Below the pieces are notes generated by a model, which saw nothing but the letters and a program-made list of their open reading frames with translations, was not told the origin of the DNA and ran no database searches. DNA of 64,000 nt from the human T2T-CHM13v2.0 reference genome, Homo sapiens, in assembly GCF_009914755.1 (NCBI RefSeq), contig NC_060928.1; one strand, given 5' to 3'. Below, piece after piece: positions 25,911 through 40,160 of this stretch. Position 1 is the stretch's first letter. Every line of letters starts with the position of its first letter. The translations under genes and the position numbers were made by a program.

Positions 25911-27445
25911 AAAAAAACCTCATATATGACCAACTCGAGTCTCTCATTTTGCAGAGTCTTTGTGGCTTAAGCCACAAAGTGGCTTAAGTGAAGAAGAACC
26001 TCTGAGTAATTATAGAATGATGAATAATCAAACTTACTGCAGGAAGCAAATGAAGTGCCTCTGTAAGATATACTCAAAACGTCTGCTGTGCAAATGATGA
26101 AGCTGATGAAATTGAGTCTATGTTGAAATATTTTATTTATATCCTGGGGTATTACTAAACTAGTTTCTTTCCTGGATGAGACCATACATACTTACGGGTT
26201 TTTTATCTTTTTGTGGGTAAAGTGCTGAAATATATTAAGAAAATCGTATGTTTCTTTAGTGACTGTTATTTTGAAAATAAAACTCATAGGATTTCATAAT
26301 ATAAACAAATGTATTTCCTCAAAACTTAAAAGTATATCCATCAGATTCTCATTGTTTTTCAAAAAATAAAAGTGAAAACAGAATTTTAAATTATGCTTTA
26401 TTTCTTTACCTCAAAAAAAGTTCTTGAAAATCTACCATGTCAATTATAAAGATGGAAGCCAAAATGATGTCAAAGATACATAATATATTAATAAATGCTT
26501 TTACAAAAATAACCTACATATCACAAGATAAAAGCTTTTCTTGATCACGTTAGAAACACTTTCTTGATATTGATAATGGTAAATGTGAAATCCACTAAAT
26601 TGATGGCAGGATAATTTAATTTATGTTAATGTTTTTTCAGCATTCCATTTTGAAGAGATTAAAGATTATTAGAAGATGCAACAATCATGTTTTCTGTCTT
26701 TGAGGCTGTGGAATTCACTGAACATATAGGAATCAAGTACTTTTGTGAGACTTACAAATATTTAATTCAAGTTTTACTACCTGTTGTAATAAACTATGTG
26801 AAGTTCACCTTTGAGTTTCGTTATATTAAATCGAAAAAGCATTTGTCTATCTAATGTTCAAAAAATAATTTTCAATATTGGCAGGGGTGTAAGAAATAAA
26901 ACCTTCATATCATGTTTACAAGGATACAAATTGGTCCAAAATTCGAGAGCTAAATAATTATTACCGATTTATAAAGAATCTTTATAAATTGTTTATATCC
27001 TTTGACATAGATTTTCCTTTATTAGAAATTCAACAGAAGCAAATAAATAGAAATGTATGCACATTTACATACGAAAGGTATTCTGAATCATTGTTTATAG
27101 CATTCTGAAAAAAAATCAAAAACTAGTGGTTCAAAAGTTCGATAATAGACTATTGTACAAATAAAGTGTTGATTAATAGCAGGAAACTATAGCTTTATTA
27201 AAACTTATGATTTGGAATATGTAATATGAGAACATTCGAGGTACGTGAAGAAGAAAATAATGTATAAACTGTATCACCTTGTAAACCAAAGATTAAGAAA
27301 ATGTACATATTCACATGAAAACATTAAAAACTAGAAAGGTAACCATCAATTTGTTAATAGTTACTGCATATTGTTTAAAAATGTATTTGTTGAAATGTAC
27401 TCTGAATATTTTTGTTCAAATTAAATGCTCCAAAATGAAGTGGGA

Positions 27446-27746
27446 TTTTTTTTGGTTTTTGTTTTTTGAGACGGTGTCTCACTCTGTCGCCCAGGCTGGA
27501 GTGCAGTGGCACAATCTCAGTTTACTGCAAACACTGCCTCCCAGTTTCAAGTGATTCTCCCACCTCAGCCTCCTGAGGAGGTGGGATTACAGGCGCATAC
27601 CATCACGCCTGGCTAATTTTTGTATTTTTAGTAGAGACGGCCTTTCACCATGTTGGTCAGGCTGGTCTCGAACTCCTGACCTCGTAATCCACCCACCTCG
27701 GCCTCCCAAAGTGCTGGGATTATAAGCTTGAGCCACCAAGACCAGC
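27446..27746 (-). mobile_element. AluSg-like
   Basis: Dimeric Alu; gttggtcagg, gacctcgtaatcc. Confidence 0.92.
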
Positions 27747-28107
27747 AGAGTTTTGGTTACTTTTAAAATCGGTTTTAATGCTTCCTCGAAGTAACTTAAA
27801 AGCAATATAAATTGTGTTGTTCAAGATTAAAGATAATTTGATTATTGCAGTTGATCATGTAACAGAAGCTAACATTTATTGTAAGTTAACGATGGACAAA
27901 TAACTTCAATGTTAAAATTTCATAGATTAAATCATTAAATGTTAAAGTAATTGTATGAAGTATATTATGCTCTTATTCTCTCTTTTAATACAAATGAGAA
28001 ATTTGTTAATTGCTTAATTATATCCAACTTAAATATTATTATTTCGTTTTGCCTCAAACAAAATATGTTTTCAGAGTTGTGCTTATACTTAATAAGCTTC
28101 AACTTTA

Positions 28108-28565
28108 TAAGTAGGAATGAAGATTAAGCTGCTGTTAATAAACAATCAGAATTTTTAAAAACAAAATACAACGGCTTATGCAAAATAGTTGTTTTTTACT
28201 CACATGAAAGTGCAAATTGGTGGTTCAGAAAGATGCCTAAGATCTTGCACACTTATTTCTTCTTGTTCTGGAATCTGGAGGTAACCCTTCTTCCCATGGA
28301 TGAAGATATCCATGTTCCAGCCAACCCAACGAGAGAAACCATGAACCTAGAGGGCACACATTCCAGTTAGTGATACAACACAAAAGTGGCACACACTCTA
28401 TCTATTCAATACCATTAGCTAGATCTTAGTGAAAAGACAAAATGTTGCTCTGAGAGAGGCTGAAAATTAATTTTTATAAGGCCTGGCCATCTTCAGAGCT
28501 AAAATTTAAGGTTGAACTAAAATCATAAAAGAGAAAATAAATATTAGAAAAACCATCTCTGCCAC
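28108..28565. mobile_element. Old MLT1 (J/K-type) LTR
   Basis: taagctgctgttaataaac...aacggctta...tctctgccaca; diverged. Confidence 0.55.
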
Positions 28566-29043
28566 ACTTATAGCATGATACTGGGATCTTCATATACTCT
28601 TAAGAAGCTCTGATTTATTTTTTAATTTCATATTTAATTTGGTAAATTATTTTACTATTATTTAAAAGTTCAAATGCATATTTCACTGTTATTCAATTAC
28701 TGAGGATTGACATTTGCTTGAAATATGTTTCTGAATATATCAGTAAATTTTAAATTTTTTTTTGTCTTAGCAAGGTACTATATATGAAAATAATCAGAAT
28801 GAATACTAACAAGCTCCTTCTGGGATTGTTATTATAAACTTGTTTATATTTTAAATAGTTTATGTATATGGTTCAAAATTTGAACACTCAAAACATTCAA
28901 ATAAGGCAGTGTCTTCCATTCAGAGGTAGTAACTCATACATTGGGTGGTGAAATATATTTGCTATGTAAAAACAGATTGCTTTTTCTAGCGCTAAAATGA
29001 GACAGAATAGAACAGAATGAAATAGAATGTATTATAATATATA

Positions 29044-29105
29044 TAAACCTCTTTCCTACATGAATTACCCAGTCTTGAGTATTTTTCATAGCAGCCTAAG
29101 AATGG
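29044..29105 (+). mobile_element. THE1/MST LTR 3' fragment
   Basis: taaacctctttcc...aattacccagtcttgagtatttttcatagcag. Confidence 0.7.
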
Positions 29106-29130
29106 AGCAGCCATCCCCTGCTCCCCACCA

Positions 29131-29133
<3 letters not shown>

Positions 29134-29165
<32 letters not shown>
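29134..29165. repeat. (AC)n microsatellite
   Basis: About 16 AC units. Confidence 0.95.
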
Positions 29166-29167
<2 letters not shown>

Positions 29168-30993
29168 AACCTTTCCGTAAATTATTTTGGGATTCACAGA
29201 GGAGGAAGATTCCTAGACTCACAAGTAAACAACCTCAAAAGCCTATTTTCAAAGCAATCGAGACAGAAAGAGAGAGACAGTGTGTGTAAAGAGAGAGAGA
29301 GAAACTAAGAGGAGTAACAGTGAAGACAGGTAAACCTAGACATCTAGAAATAAATTTAGATTGATTTTGAAAAGAAAAAGAATTACATTATTTTTTCCAA
29401 AAAGTTTAGGTAATATGACACTGATTGAATAAAACATTAAGTTTTGTTTGTTTATTTTTCAGATGAGCTGATTAATCTTTTAACACATAAAATGTATTTT
29501 GATTGGCTGGAGACACAGATTATCCTCATCATTTCTCCCCATATTTACATGCATAAATCTATACACTTACAACCAGATAGACAGATAGATAGATTGTATA
29601 TATAGCAACCATAAATAAATTAGGTTGTTTAGGAGTTTCCTCCTTAGAGCATTAGGCAGCACATCAGTCTCATAAATTGGGTTGTTTAGGAATTGTGATT
29701 CTCTACTATCATTCTAAGAGACATCCGAAGGAGGTAGGAAGGGTGATTGGTTGGGAAGGAGAGTCTTTCTATCAAGTACCAGCAAACTGCAATTCTAAGC
29801 AACGCAAAGATAAATGCATGCTGCTGTCCATATTAACTTAGTGATTCATCAGTTTGTATCATTAATCCTGAAGATTTGTGTCTGCATCTCCACGTGCTTT
29901 TTCCAGACTTTCAGTCTATCATACATGCATGCCTCTTTAACTTTTTGGTTTAATTGCCAGAGCTCTGTGAAAAAACACAGTTTCCTTTAGGCTTTCAGGG
30001 ACAAATGTGCCCTCTACAATTTAAAGAAGGCTCACCGTTTTGACAGCAATGTTGGTGTGGTTCCTCCAGTAAATTCGTTCCCAATAATTCCTTTATGTAT
30101 ATTAATATCCTCCAGTTTGGGCAGTTTGGTAGCTCACATTTAAGGGAGTATTTGACAAAGACAGAAAGTGTGATTTTACATGTTGGGTGGCAACGGCCTG
30201 AAATGGGTTGAAGGAATCTTGGGCTTGTATCTTCTCATCTTTGGATCTGTACTCTACATTAATTGTTACATATTGGAGAGGTCTTGGACTGTAGAAAGAC
30301 TGATTTTTTTCTTTCCTTTTCATGGCAATTGCCTTTACTTGCTATTAAAGGCAATTGCCTTTACTTGCTATTAGTTGTTATTAACTTTACTTGCTATTAA
30401 TAGGAATGCTGCTAACAGCCTAGTTTATGTAGAAGATGGGATCTGAGAAATAAAAATCAAATCCCAGTTTCCCAGCTGACTTCATGGACACCTTCTTGAC
30501 CAAGGAGACACCAGAGAAAGCTTCAAAACTAAGTTAGCAGCCATGATGGGATGGGAGGCGAGACACACCTCAGTGTGCCCTTCCTTCTTAACATCTCACC
30601 AGAATTCATTCCTGAGGAGTAAGCAGAGACTAGCCCTGGAAAACAAGAAATGGACTACTCATTCCTTTATCACCTTCAGCCAGTCATCTAAAGCCATAAC
30701 CTGGCTTCCCCTCCCTCTTTGCAGTTTCTTCGCAACAGCTCACCAGTTTCACAATGCATCGTATTTCTAAGAACTGACAATCATCTCCAGACTAGTTTTC
30801 GCTGACTTGTGGAAGATGCAGTGATGGTTTTTGTGTCCTCATTCTCTCCTTTTGACATGAGTGGACCGCAAACTCCACCCTCAGGTCATGCTAATGCAGC
30901 CATTTTCTGAACATGTGACCCATGAAAAGGCAGGAAGTTCAATTGTACAAGTGCATGCTTCTTTTTTTTTTTTTGTAAATATTCATGATTGCT

Positions 30994-31415
30994 TGATATG
31001 GTGTGGATAGTTTTCTCCACCAGATCTCATGTTGAAATATGTTTTCCTCTGTTGGAGATGGGGCCTGGTAGGAAGCATTTGGGTCATGGGGGTGCATCCC
31101 TGATGAGATGATGCACTTCCACGGTAATAAATTCTTGCTCTAAATTCACTCAAGATGTGGTTGTTTAAAAGAGTGTGGTACCTCCCCCCTCCTTTCCTCT
31201 CTCTTTCTCTGTCTCTCTCTCACTCCCACTTTCACCATGTGATGAGCCTGGTCCCCCTTTGCCTTCTACCATGATTGTAAGCTTGCTGAAGTCCTCATGA
31301 GGAACAGATGGCGATGTCATGCTTCCTGTAGAACCGTGCACCTATTAATCTTCTTTTCTTTATAAATTACCCAGACTCAAGTATTTTTATAGTGACACAA
31401 AAACAGATTAACACA
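30994..31415 (+). mobile_element. MSTB-like solo LTR (nested)
   Basis: tgatatgg start, ataaattacccagactcaagtat...ttaacaca end. Confidence 0.87.
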
Positions 31416-31559
31416 CTTCTCCTACAGCTTATTAACTATGTATAATCAGCCACCCTGCTCAGCATAAATTTCTGTGCCCTTCACTCCTCCCTCCAAGTGC
31501 TTGCTCTCGGCTTACGCCCTAGCTAAGCTTCCCAGCCTGTGGGGTGGTCATCCTGAAGG

Positions 31560-31905
31560 TGTTGCAGGACTTTTTCCTTAGTTCAGCTATAGACGGGTCC
31601 TTATCACATGGCCGTGAAAATTTAGGCTTGTAGATAATTTGAAGAGCGAGAAAAACGGAATTTATTGTGCAAAAAGGAAAAAAAAGGGAAACGGAGACTC
31701 TTAGTGAAGCAAAAGAGTATGCTTCCTGCCCATGGGCTTGCCACCTCACAGATCGAATCCCAGATTCCATCCAGGAAGAGGAGGGGCCAGACTACTCTCT
31801 GCTGCACATGGCGCAAACTTCTGTGGCTCCAACCCAGTGTGCATTCCTCCCAGTGTGCAGGCCAGTTGGACTGTCTCTGGGGATCCCCTCCCACTGGCTG
31901 TCTCA
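31560..31905 (-). mobile_element. ERV1 solo LTR (MER48-like, nested)
   Basis: tgttgcaggactttttccttagttcagct...ctgtctca gives TG..CA ends; tttattg is the antisense poly(A)-signal region; host LTR resumes after it; family name tentative. Confidence 0.7.
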
Positions 31906-32078
31906 TTGGCTGCAACCTTTTATGAAAAATAAAGCTCTCATTTCCAAATTGATGAGCCCTGTGATTCTTCAGTTGACAGATCCATTGAACCTTATAATTT
32001 TGTTATTACTAATCCTCTAATTTCAATAGGAGAATGATCACTGTCTTAGTCTATCCCCCAAGATTCAAAGAATCAAGG

Positions 32079-32433
<355 letters not shown>

Positions 32434-32879
32434 TTACTGTTATTTAGCTAATAAAATATTGTTCTCTTGCCCACATTGATCAGTTATTAAGATAAGTAAA
32501 GGTCTATTTTTTTAACTCTAGATCTAAAAACTTGACAAGATTCTAGGAAACACAATTTTTAAAACATCAGAACTTGGTAAAAAATTACATATTTTCTTAT
32601 TACTAGGATCATCTAACTTTTAAAGAAACCAAGCTATATTAAATTGAATTTTTAATATTTTGATTTTACTTGAGATCACCACATATTTGGTTATTCTATT
32701 GAAAATGTATTGATGCAGAAAGATGCCTATGTAATAATGTTTACCTTCTCTTTTCTTCATTGTACATTACATGAGTCAAGGATACCAGAGTTATTGAATA
32801 ACTCAACAAAAATACATTCAACTTGGCTACTTTTTTATAATAGTTTTTTTAACTTTTTCTGTTTGGGTTTTTATGTACT

Positions 32880-33330
32880 TATGATTTTTCAGATTTATTA
32901 CATGTCAATCAAATTATCCTAGTAGTTTTCTTTGGATGCTCAAATTGCTTCAATTTTGGGCAGTGGGAGTCCCTTTTTTATTGACTCCTGTGTCCTTTCA
33001 ACATAACCCCATTAATCATTGAAAGCTTCACTGCTTTATGATACAACAAAGTGTAGCAGGTTCACTTTGTATCTTTCAGACCCAGAGACTGAATTAGCCT
33101 ATTTTTTTTCCCAAAATCTATTCACTAGGGTGCATTGTATGGGTATCTTTCATACTAGGATATTTCTGTGAACAGACGTAAAAAAATATGTATAATTCTA
33201 ATTGACAATTTTTGTAAATGCACACATTCATAATGATATTCCTAATTCCTGGTACCATAAGTGCATAAATTCTTACATATAAATATTTCTCCTTTGCTTT
33301 ATACTAAAAATCTAGCTCCCTAAGAAAATT
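32880..33330 (-). mobile_element. L1MC-type 3'UTR fragment
   Basis: gatgctcaaattg...cagtgggagtccc...gactcctgtgtccttt motif. Confidence 0.6.
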
Positions 33331-33449
33331 GATGTAATTCATTACTTTTTGTTTTTTAAAAGTTAATAAAATACTTAAAAATATAGAATATTAAATCAAA
33401 CAGCATAATTAATAAAGTTCAAATATTTTTCTGGTATTATCTTCTCTAA

Positions 33450-33784
<335 letters not shown>

Positions 33785-34577
33785 TTTGAATAAGATTTGT
33801 GCTATCATTAATTGTTCTTAATCTGTATGAATATAGGTAGAATTAACTGTTGAATAATTTAGTTTATTGACTCAGTTTGCTCTCAACTTCAGGGCAATGG
33901 CATTCTAAATACTTACAGTTTTTCTAAATGATAAAAGCTTGACTCTTCTATTATTCCTGAAGGGAGCTGTCAGATATTAGAATAGAGAAAAGTTTTCTTT
34001 ATCTGAAATAATAGAAACAATTTAATTTTTAAAAATTACTTAAAATAATTTAACTTCACCAATCTCTAGTCCATCTGTGATGAGTTAATACATACTTAAA
34101 TGAACAGGATTCATATATATAATTTTTTCTGGCTGAATAAACCAATACTTCTGCATATTGATTTATTTCTAGTAATATTGGAACTTGTGCATTTTTATAT
34201 TGCTAATTACTTAATATTAATTACATTTAGCCTATCTTGATCTTCTATTTTTTTTTTTTTTTACTGTATCTTGCTCCTTTTTGAAACTTCCAAGTTCTAC
34301 TTCATTTAAAATATATGTGGCATATTTCTAAACTTATGTCAGGTAATGCATTGCTATGCCAAAGTTTAGAGCATGTAATGACAAATGATTTTCTCAATTA
34401 GTATTCTCATGACTTATTTCCAGTTAAATTTTTTAAATTCTCTTCAGGGGAACCAAGGAAATACTAAATGTCTAAGAATTATCTGTGATTAGTAAAGAAT
34501 TACAGATTGATATACAGGAACCTAAAGTTTTACCCAAAATCTACTTTTTACACTCTGCTAAAATTCAACTATTTCTT

Positions 34578-34605
34578 ACACACACACACACACACACAAC
34601 ACACA
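34578..34605. repeat. (AC)n microsatellite
   Basis: Read directly. Confidence 0.9.
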
Positions 34606-34753
34606 TTTATATCTTTATTGTATATTTATTTTCATTGTAAGCACATACTAGCTATTCAATTTCTCAAAAACTTTTGAAATATTATAAATACTTGTACCTT
34701 AATGCTATAAAAATTAACATTTTACACAAGAGATTTGAAATTTTAAGTGACCT

Positions 34754-35714
34754 TGTTGCGGGAAGTCAGGGACCTCAAATGGAGGGACCCGCTGGAGGCA
34801 TGGCAGAGGAACATAAATTGTGAAGATTTCATTTTAATATGGACATTTATCAGCTCCCAAATAATATGCTTATAATTTCTTATGTCTTTAATCTCTTAAT
34901 CCTGTTATCTTCAAAAGCTAAGGATGTACGTCAACTCAGGACCATTGTGATAACTGTGTTAACTGTACAAATTGATTGTAAAACGTGTGTTTGAACAATA
35001 TGAAATCAGTGCACCTTGAAAAAGAACAGAATAACAGCGATTTTTAGGGAACAAGGGAAGACAACCATAAGGTCTGATTGCCTGCAGGGTCTGGCAAAAA
35101 GAGCCGTATTTTTCTTCTTGCAGAGAGCCTATAAATGGATGTGCAAATAGGGAAGATATCACTAAATTCTTTTCCTAGCAAGGAATATTAATATTAATAC
35201 CCTGGGGAAGGATTGCATTCCTGGGGGGAGGTCTATAAACAGCAGCTCTGGGAATGTCTGTCCTATGTGGTTGAGATAAGGACTGAGATACACCCTGGTC
35301 TCCTGCAGTACCCTCAGGCTTACTAGGGTGGGGCAAAACCCAGCCCTGGTAAATTTGTGGTCAGACTGGTTCTCTGCTCTTTAACCCTCTTTTCTGTTGT
35401 TTAAGATGTTTATCAAGACAATACATGCATCACTGAACATAGACCCTTATCAGTAGTTCTCCTTTTTGCCCTTTGAAGCATGTGATCTACTCCTTGTTCT
35501 TACACACCCTCCCCTTTTAAAACCCTTAATTAAAAATTTGCTGGTTTGAGGCTCAGGTGGGCATCACGGTCCTACTGATATGTGATGTCACCCTAGGCAG
35601 CCCAGCTGCAAAATTCCTCTCTTTGTACTCTTTCTCTTTATTTCTCAGCCAGCCTACCCTTATGGAAAATAGAAAGAACCTACCTTGAAATGTTGGGGGT
35701 GGGTTCCCCCGATA
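34754..35714 (+). mobile_element. MER11 solo LTR (HERV-K11/HML-8)
   Basis: tgttgcgggaagtcagggacc start, ggttcccccgata end; perfect 6-bp TSD tgacct at 34748-34753 and 35715-35720. Confidence 0.94.
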
Positions 35715-35767
35715 TGACCTAACCAAAACACGAAAATTAGCTACAATAAATTATGTTTTAAAATGGA

Positions 35768-36443
35768 TGAAAAAATTATGACAGTAAGATAAATCTGACA
35801 TAGTTGACTCCATCTTGCTTCGAACCTCCAAGCTATAACTTGCTCACTCTTGCTTTAACCTTAAGGCAAGGATGATAATAGCCCTTCCCAAAAGTAAAAC
35901 ACCTTTGTTAAATTAATGAAAGACCACAATGTTAGGATTATGAGAGGGGCCTAATTCTGCTAAGTTGTAGACATGGTTAAATGATGACCAGCCATTATTC
36001 TGGAGGCCATAACATTTGTAACCTCCCCAATTTTTCCTGTAATTATTAATAACATTACTAGCATAAAACCTAAGACTGGTCTTTTGAGATGTCTTTTCAG
36101 GCTGTTGCATTTCAGATATCTGGGTGGTTTCACCTGGATTTTGATTCAACCTGTCCTGTGGCTCCCACCCAGAAGCTGACTCAGCACAGGAGGACCATTT
36201 CTCACACTCCTATAATTGCATCTGCAACAAATGAGCAGCATCCACACTCTTGCTCCCTATCCACGAAAGTATCTTTGAAAAACCCCTAACCTGCAAGCCT
36301 TTGGTGAGACTGAGTTGAGTAATAACTGTCTCTCATGTGGCATGGCCAACTGCATGTCAATTAAACTCATTCTTTATTGTAATGTTATGTCTTAGTGGAT
36401 TGATTTGGTGCAGTGGGCAGAAAGAACTCATCAGGCAGTTACA
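35768..36443 (+). mobile_element. LTR8-like (LTR8A/B) ERV1 LTR
   Basis: aaaattatgacagtaagataaatctgacatagttgactccatcttgc...gcagtgggcag...ggcagttaca. Confidence 0.82.
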
Positions 36444-38439
36444 TATTACACTTTTTAACCATGCCTAAAACCTTTAAGTAAAAACTCTTTAACACATGTG
36501 TACAACTTGCAAATTATCTTGGTCCTACTATAAGCATTTTATACAAAATATATTTTATCCAAATTCAAGTATAATTATGTTTTATGTCACATTTGGGTAA
36601 TTATAATTCATAGGAATAAATTATACATAAATGAAATTATGAAGAATACATTTTTATATAATTATAGCTACTTAATAGCTTACCTTTTTGGTGGAATATC
36701 TATTGGTAAATACATTCATATTTGAATAAAGTAAAATATGCCATATGCCAAAATTTTAGTTTTGCATTCCAGTGGATAGTTTTGTTTTGTTATGTTTTGT
36801 TTTCAATGGTTATAATTTGACTCCTCAGGTTGGCTTCAGGCCATCTTGCATCTCTTGGCCAGTAGCTATTTTCTATTTCCCAATCTCTCTTTTCCAGCTT
36901 AAAACATTTATATGAAAACCAGAATAATGATTTTAAAGTCAAATTCGTATAAATTTTAACTTCATATTTAGGCATTAAATGTCACATTTTAATTTGTAAC
37001 TAGATATCAAAAAAACCCATCTAGTCAAAATATTAAACTGTAAACTCACCATATATTTCATACTTGTACCATATGTATCTTGTTTATTTAAAGGGATTTC
37101 TTTTTCCAAACAAACATGACTTAGCAACTAGAAATCACTGAATATTTTTCTTCTAACAACAACACAAAAAATTTAAATACTTCTACTTTTTGGCATCAAC
37201 TTTTTTCCTGTAAAGCTGGGATAACTCACATGTTAAAATAGAGCTTCTTAATTTTATATATATTTAAATATAGCATCTCTTCAATGCTTCTTGCTGGACT
37301 AAAAACATTTAATTTTGTTTTTTATTTTTACACAAATGATCCTTCATTATCTCAATTAATCTGAAGAAGGAAGTTACTATAATCTGTTTTATATTGGTGT
37401 ATAGATAGTCATTAAAGAATGAATGTCAGTAAAATGGACTTCTATGAAAACTTTTTTTTTAATTTAGTGAAGATGAAAAGCAACAATTGGCCATTATTTC
37501 AACAACATACTCCCCTAAAGGTTCTGAGACTTTAGTAAGAATAAATTGAGAGCTTAATTTTACATTAAGGCAATTTGATAGCTCATTTTCTTGGATCTTA
37601 AGAGAAGAAAAACAGAAAAGCTTATCAGGAATTGGTACAAAGGTGTTTTTAAGAATAGGAGTACAGTCTTCAGTTTCCTGTGGTATATTCATGTCATCAG
37701 TGTTCTGTTGGGCAGATTGCATTTTGTTCTTTTTTTTTTTTTTTTTTTTACTTTTCTTGGTTTTTCAACAGTTATAATTTATCTACATGAACTAGTAGAG
37801 GGATTGGGAATTACACCTCCTCTAAAGATGTTAGTGTTTGGTTTTGAACTCTTTGGCCTTTTTCATGGTATCCGAGTATTCTTCTCAAATATTCACTTTT
37901 CCCACTCAATATATTTCTGTGTTTTTGCATTTTCATCTGAATATATTTAAGGGAGGCGACTAGGAATTTTATCCCTTCCTAAACCTCATCTTCCTACAGT
38001 TGGAGACGTGTTTTGTTTTGGTTTTCAGATTTTCTTTTAGATAATTCAGGACATAACAATACTGGGAGGCATCGAAAAAGGAAACAAACAAACAAAAAAC
38101 TTTTGACCTATCTCTAGAATGCCAAATTAAATACAATTTATTTTATAGCTCAAGGACCACAACAGTTTTAAAATATAACTCAGAATATATTGTTCTCTGC
38201 CCTCTTGATCCTTGCACTGAAAAATAAGCATAGAAAATCAATCTGGACCAAAGATATAAATTAGACATGTAGAAAAAAAAATTGTTTTAAATGCATCTTT
38301 TTATTTTTAAGAATGGAAGGGTTAAGAGCGGCTCAATAACAAGCCCAGAATTGCAGACTGTGATTACTCTTAAATAATAAAAGTTTTGAAGAAAAGCAAA
38401 CAGTTCAGAATTAAATTTTGCTATGGAATTTTTTCTCAG

Positions 38440-38930
38440 TGTGGAAGAGAAAGGGAGGAATAAAAATCTGTTTATAAAACAATGACTAGACCATATATGG
38501 AAACACTCTGACCCACAATCTCTGTAGCAAGCAGACCAGGAATGTAAAACACAAGGGCAACAGCAATGGTCCAAAGAGTCAGGATGTGTCAATGACTGCC
38601 AGCTTCCTAATTGTTTGCTCCTGCCTCCAACTCAGAATCTATCCTTGGAAAAAAAATATATATATATATGTTCCCCATATCAGTCAACTAATATGCCCCG
38701 TTTCTAGTTAACCTAAATCCAGCTTCCTCCTGCCAACAACTTCTAATCAAAGCATACCTGAGCCTTCTTTTTTTCAATACAAAATGTTTCCACTCCCCTG
38801 ACAGTGTTTGAGTCTCTGCCAAATACAAATGATGGTGGCTGACTCCCTTGCTATAGCCAGCTCTGAATATATAGGCAGCTCTGAATAAATATTGTTTGTG
38901 CTCATTTGAATATTTTCATATATTCCCACA
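38440..38930 (+). mobile_element. MER34-group ERV1 LTR
   Basis: actctgacccacaatctctgtagcaa, aatgactgccagcttcctaa, gctctgaataaa. Confidence 0.72.
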
Positions 38931-39383
38931 GAAGCAAATAAAAGTCAGACATCAAGGGCCTTGATTATATGCAAACTCTGTTCTTGTCCTGTAACCTACT
39001 TTGCCACATTTGGTGTTGGTTTGGCATCAAAACTTGCTAAGACTGCACCAAATTTTGGCAGAAATAACATCATACTCTTAGAATGTTTAGACATATGATT
39101 TTGCCATTTACTAAAAATTCTGCATTGCAGGAAAAAATGAGGAGAGGACGCCCAGATAAAAGTCAGGAGACTATTTCACCTTTGTTCTTAAAACCAGATT
39201 TAGAGGTTCTCTTTTATATGCATATAGTCCAGGTGCATCCCAGCTGTCTACCACTTTGCCAGAAATTACTTTGTAATCCACAAGGAAAGAGACTCTTATT
39301 GGCAGTAAACAAACAATAATACATTTTGAATACGAGATTCAATTGGACATTTTAATTACAATGGGACTAATATTCATCTGAAA

Positions 39384-40160
39384 CAAAGATTGACAAACTT
39401 TTTCTGTAAAGGGCCAAATAGTATAACTTTTAGGTTTTATGGGCCATATGGTCTTTATGGCAACTACTAAATTGTTGAAAGCTGTCTCCCTAAATATCAC
39501 CAACACAATCTGTTGATAAAGCAAAGCTGAGTTTATTGCTTACAACAGTAAGGGAGAATGCCACTTCCACAAAGCATTGGCAGTATCTCAGATGGGGAAA
39601 GGTAAGGTCTGAATTTGCTGAGAATTGGAAATGTGATTTATGGTGGGCCTTTAATGTTGGACTTTGATTAGGATTAGGGAAGAATGACAATATGACAGTC
39701 CTGAATTGGGGAGAAGAGCAGAGCAAGGATTCGAGTAAATAATTCAAAGGATCTTAGGGGACAAACTGCTTGTTGATTCTTCTCTTTGAAGAATTGATGG
39801 GTCTTCCAGATTCTATAATGAACAACCAAACCATTCGCTTGCACAGAAATGTCCTGGGACAGCAAAGGAATGTTAATGAAGACAGTGGAATAGCAAGTCA
39901 TGTTAATGTAGACAAGGGTGTCATTTGCATTCTGTCTAGGTCAAGTGTCCGCGTAGACAGTTCTGGTTCCCAGAACTCTGAGGCTGTAGTGCAAAAGCAG
40001 CCAGAGACAATGTAGAGCCAGAGAAGCTGTATACTAATAAAACATTACGTATAGATACTGAAATGTGGATTTCACACCATTTTCAAGTCCAAAAATATCC
40101 TTCTTTGATTATTTTCAAACAGTTAAAAACATAATAACATTTTTACCTTTCAGACTATAA
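39384..40160. mobile_element. MER58B-like hAT element split by an LTR
   Basis: caaactttttctgtaaagggccaaatagt...gcaactact; resumes at aactctg...gtagtgcaaaagcagcc. Confidence 0.8.
39473..39973 (-). mobile_element. ERV1 LTR (MER67-like) nested in MER58
   Basis: aagctgagtttattgcttac (antisense aataaa); flanks aaat/aact as a degenerate TSD; family name tentative. Confidence 0.62.

Larger units (their letters stand above)
30444..31978 (+). mobile_element. MER50/MER4-group ERV1 solo LTR hosting two nested LTRs
   Basis: tgagaaataaaaat start, ttcttcagttgaca end; perfect 4-bp TSD gatc at 30440-30443 and 31979-31982. Confidence 0.82.
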
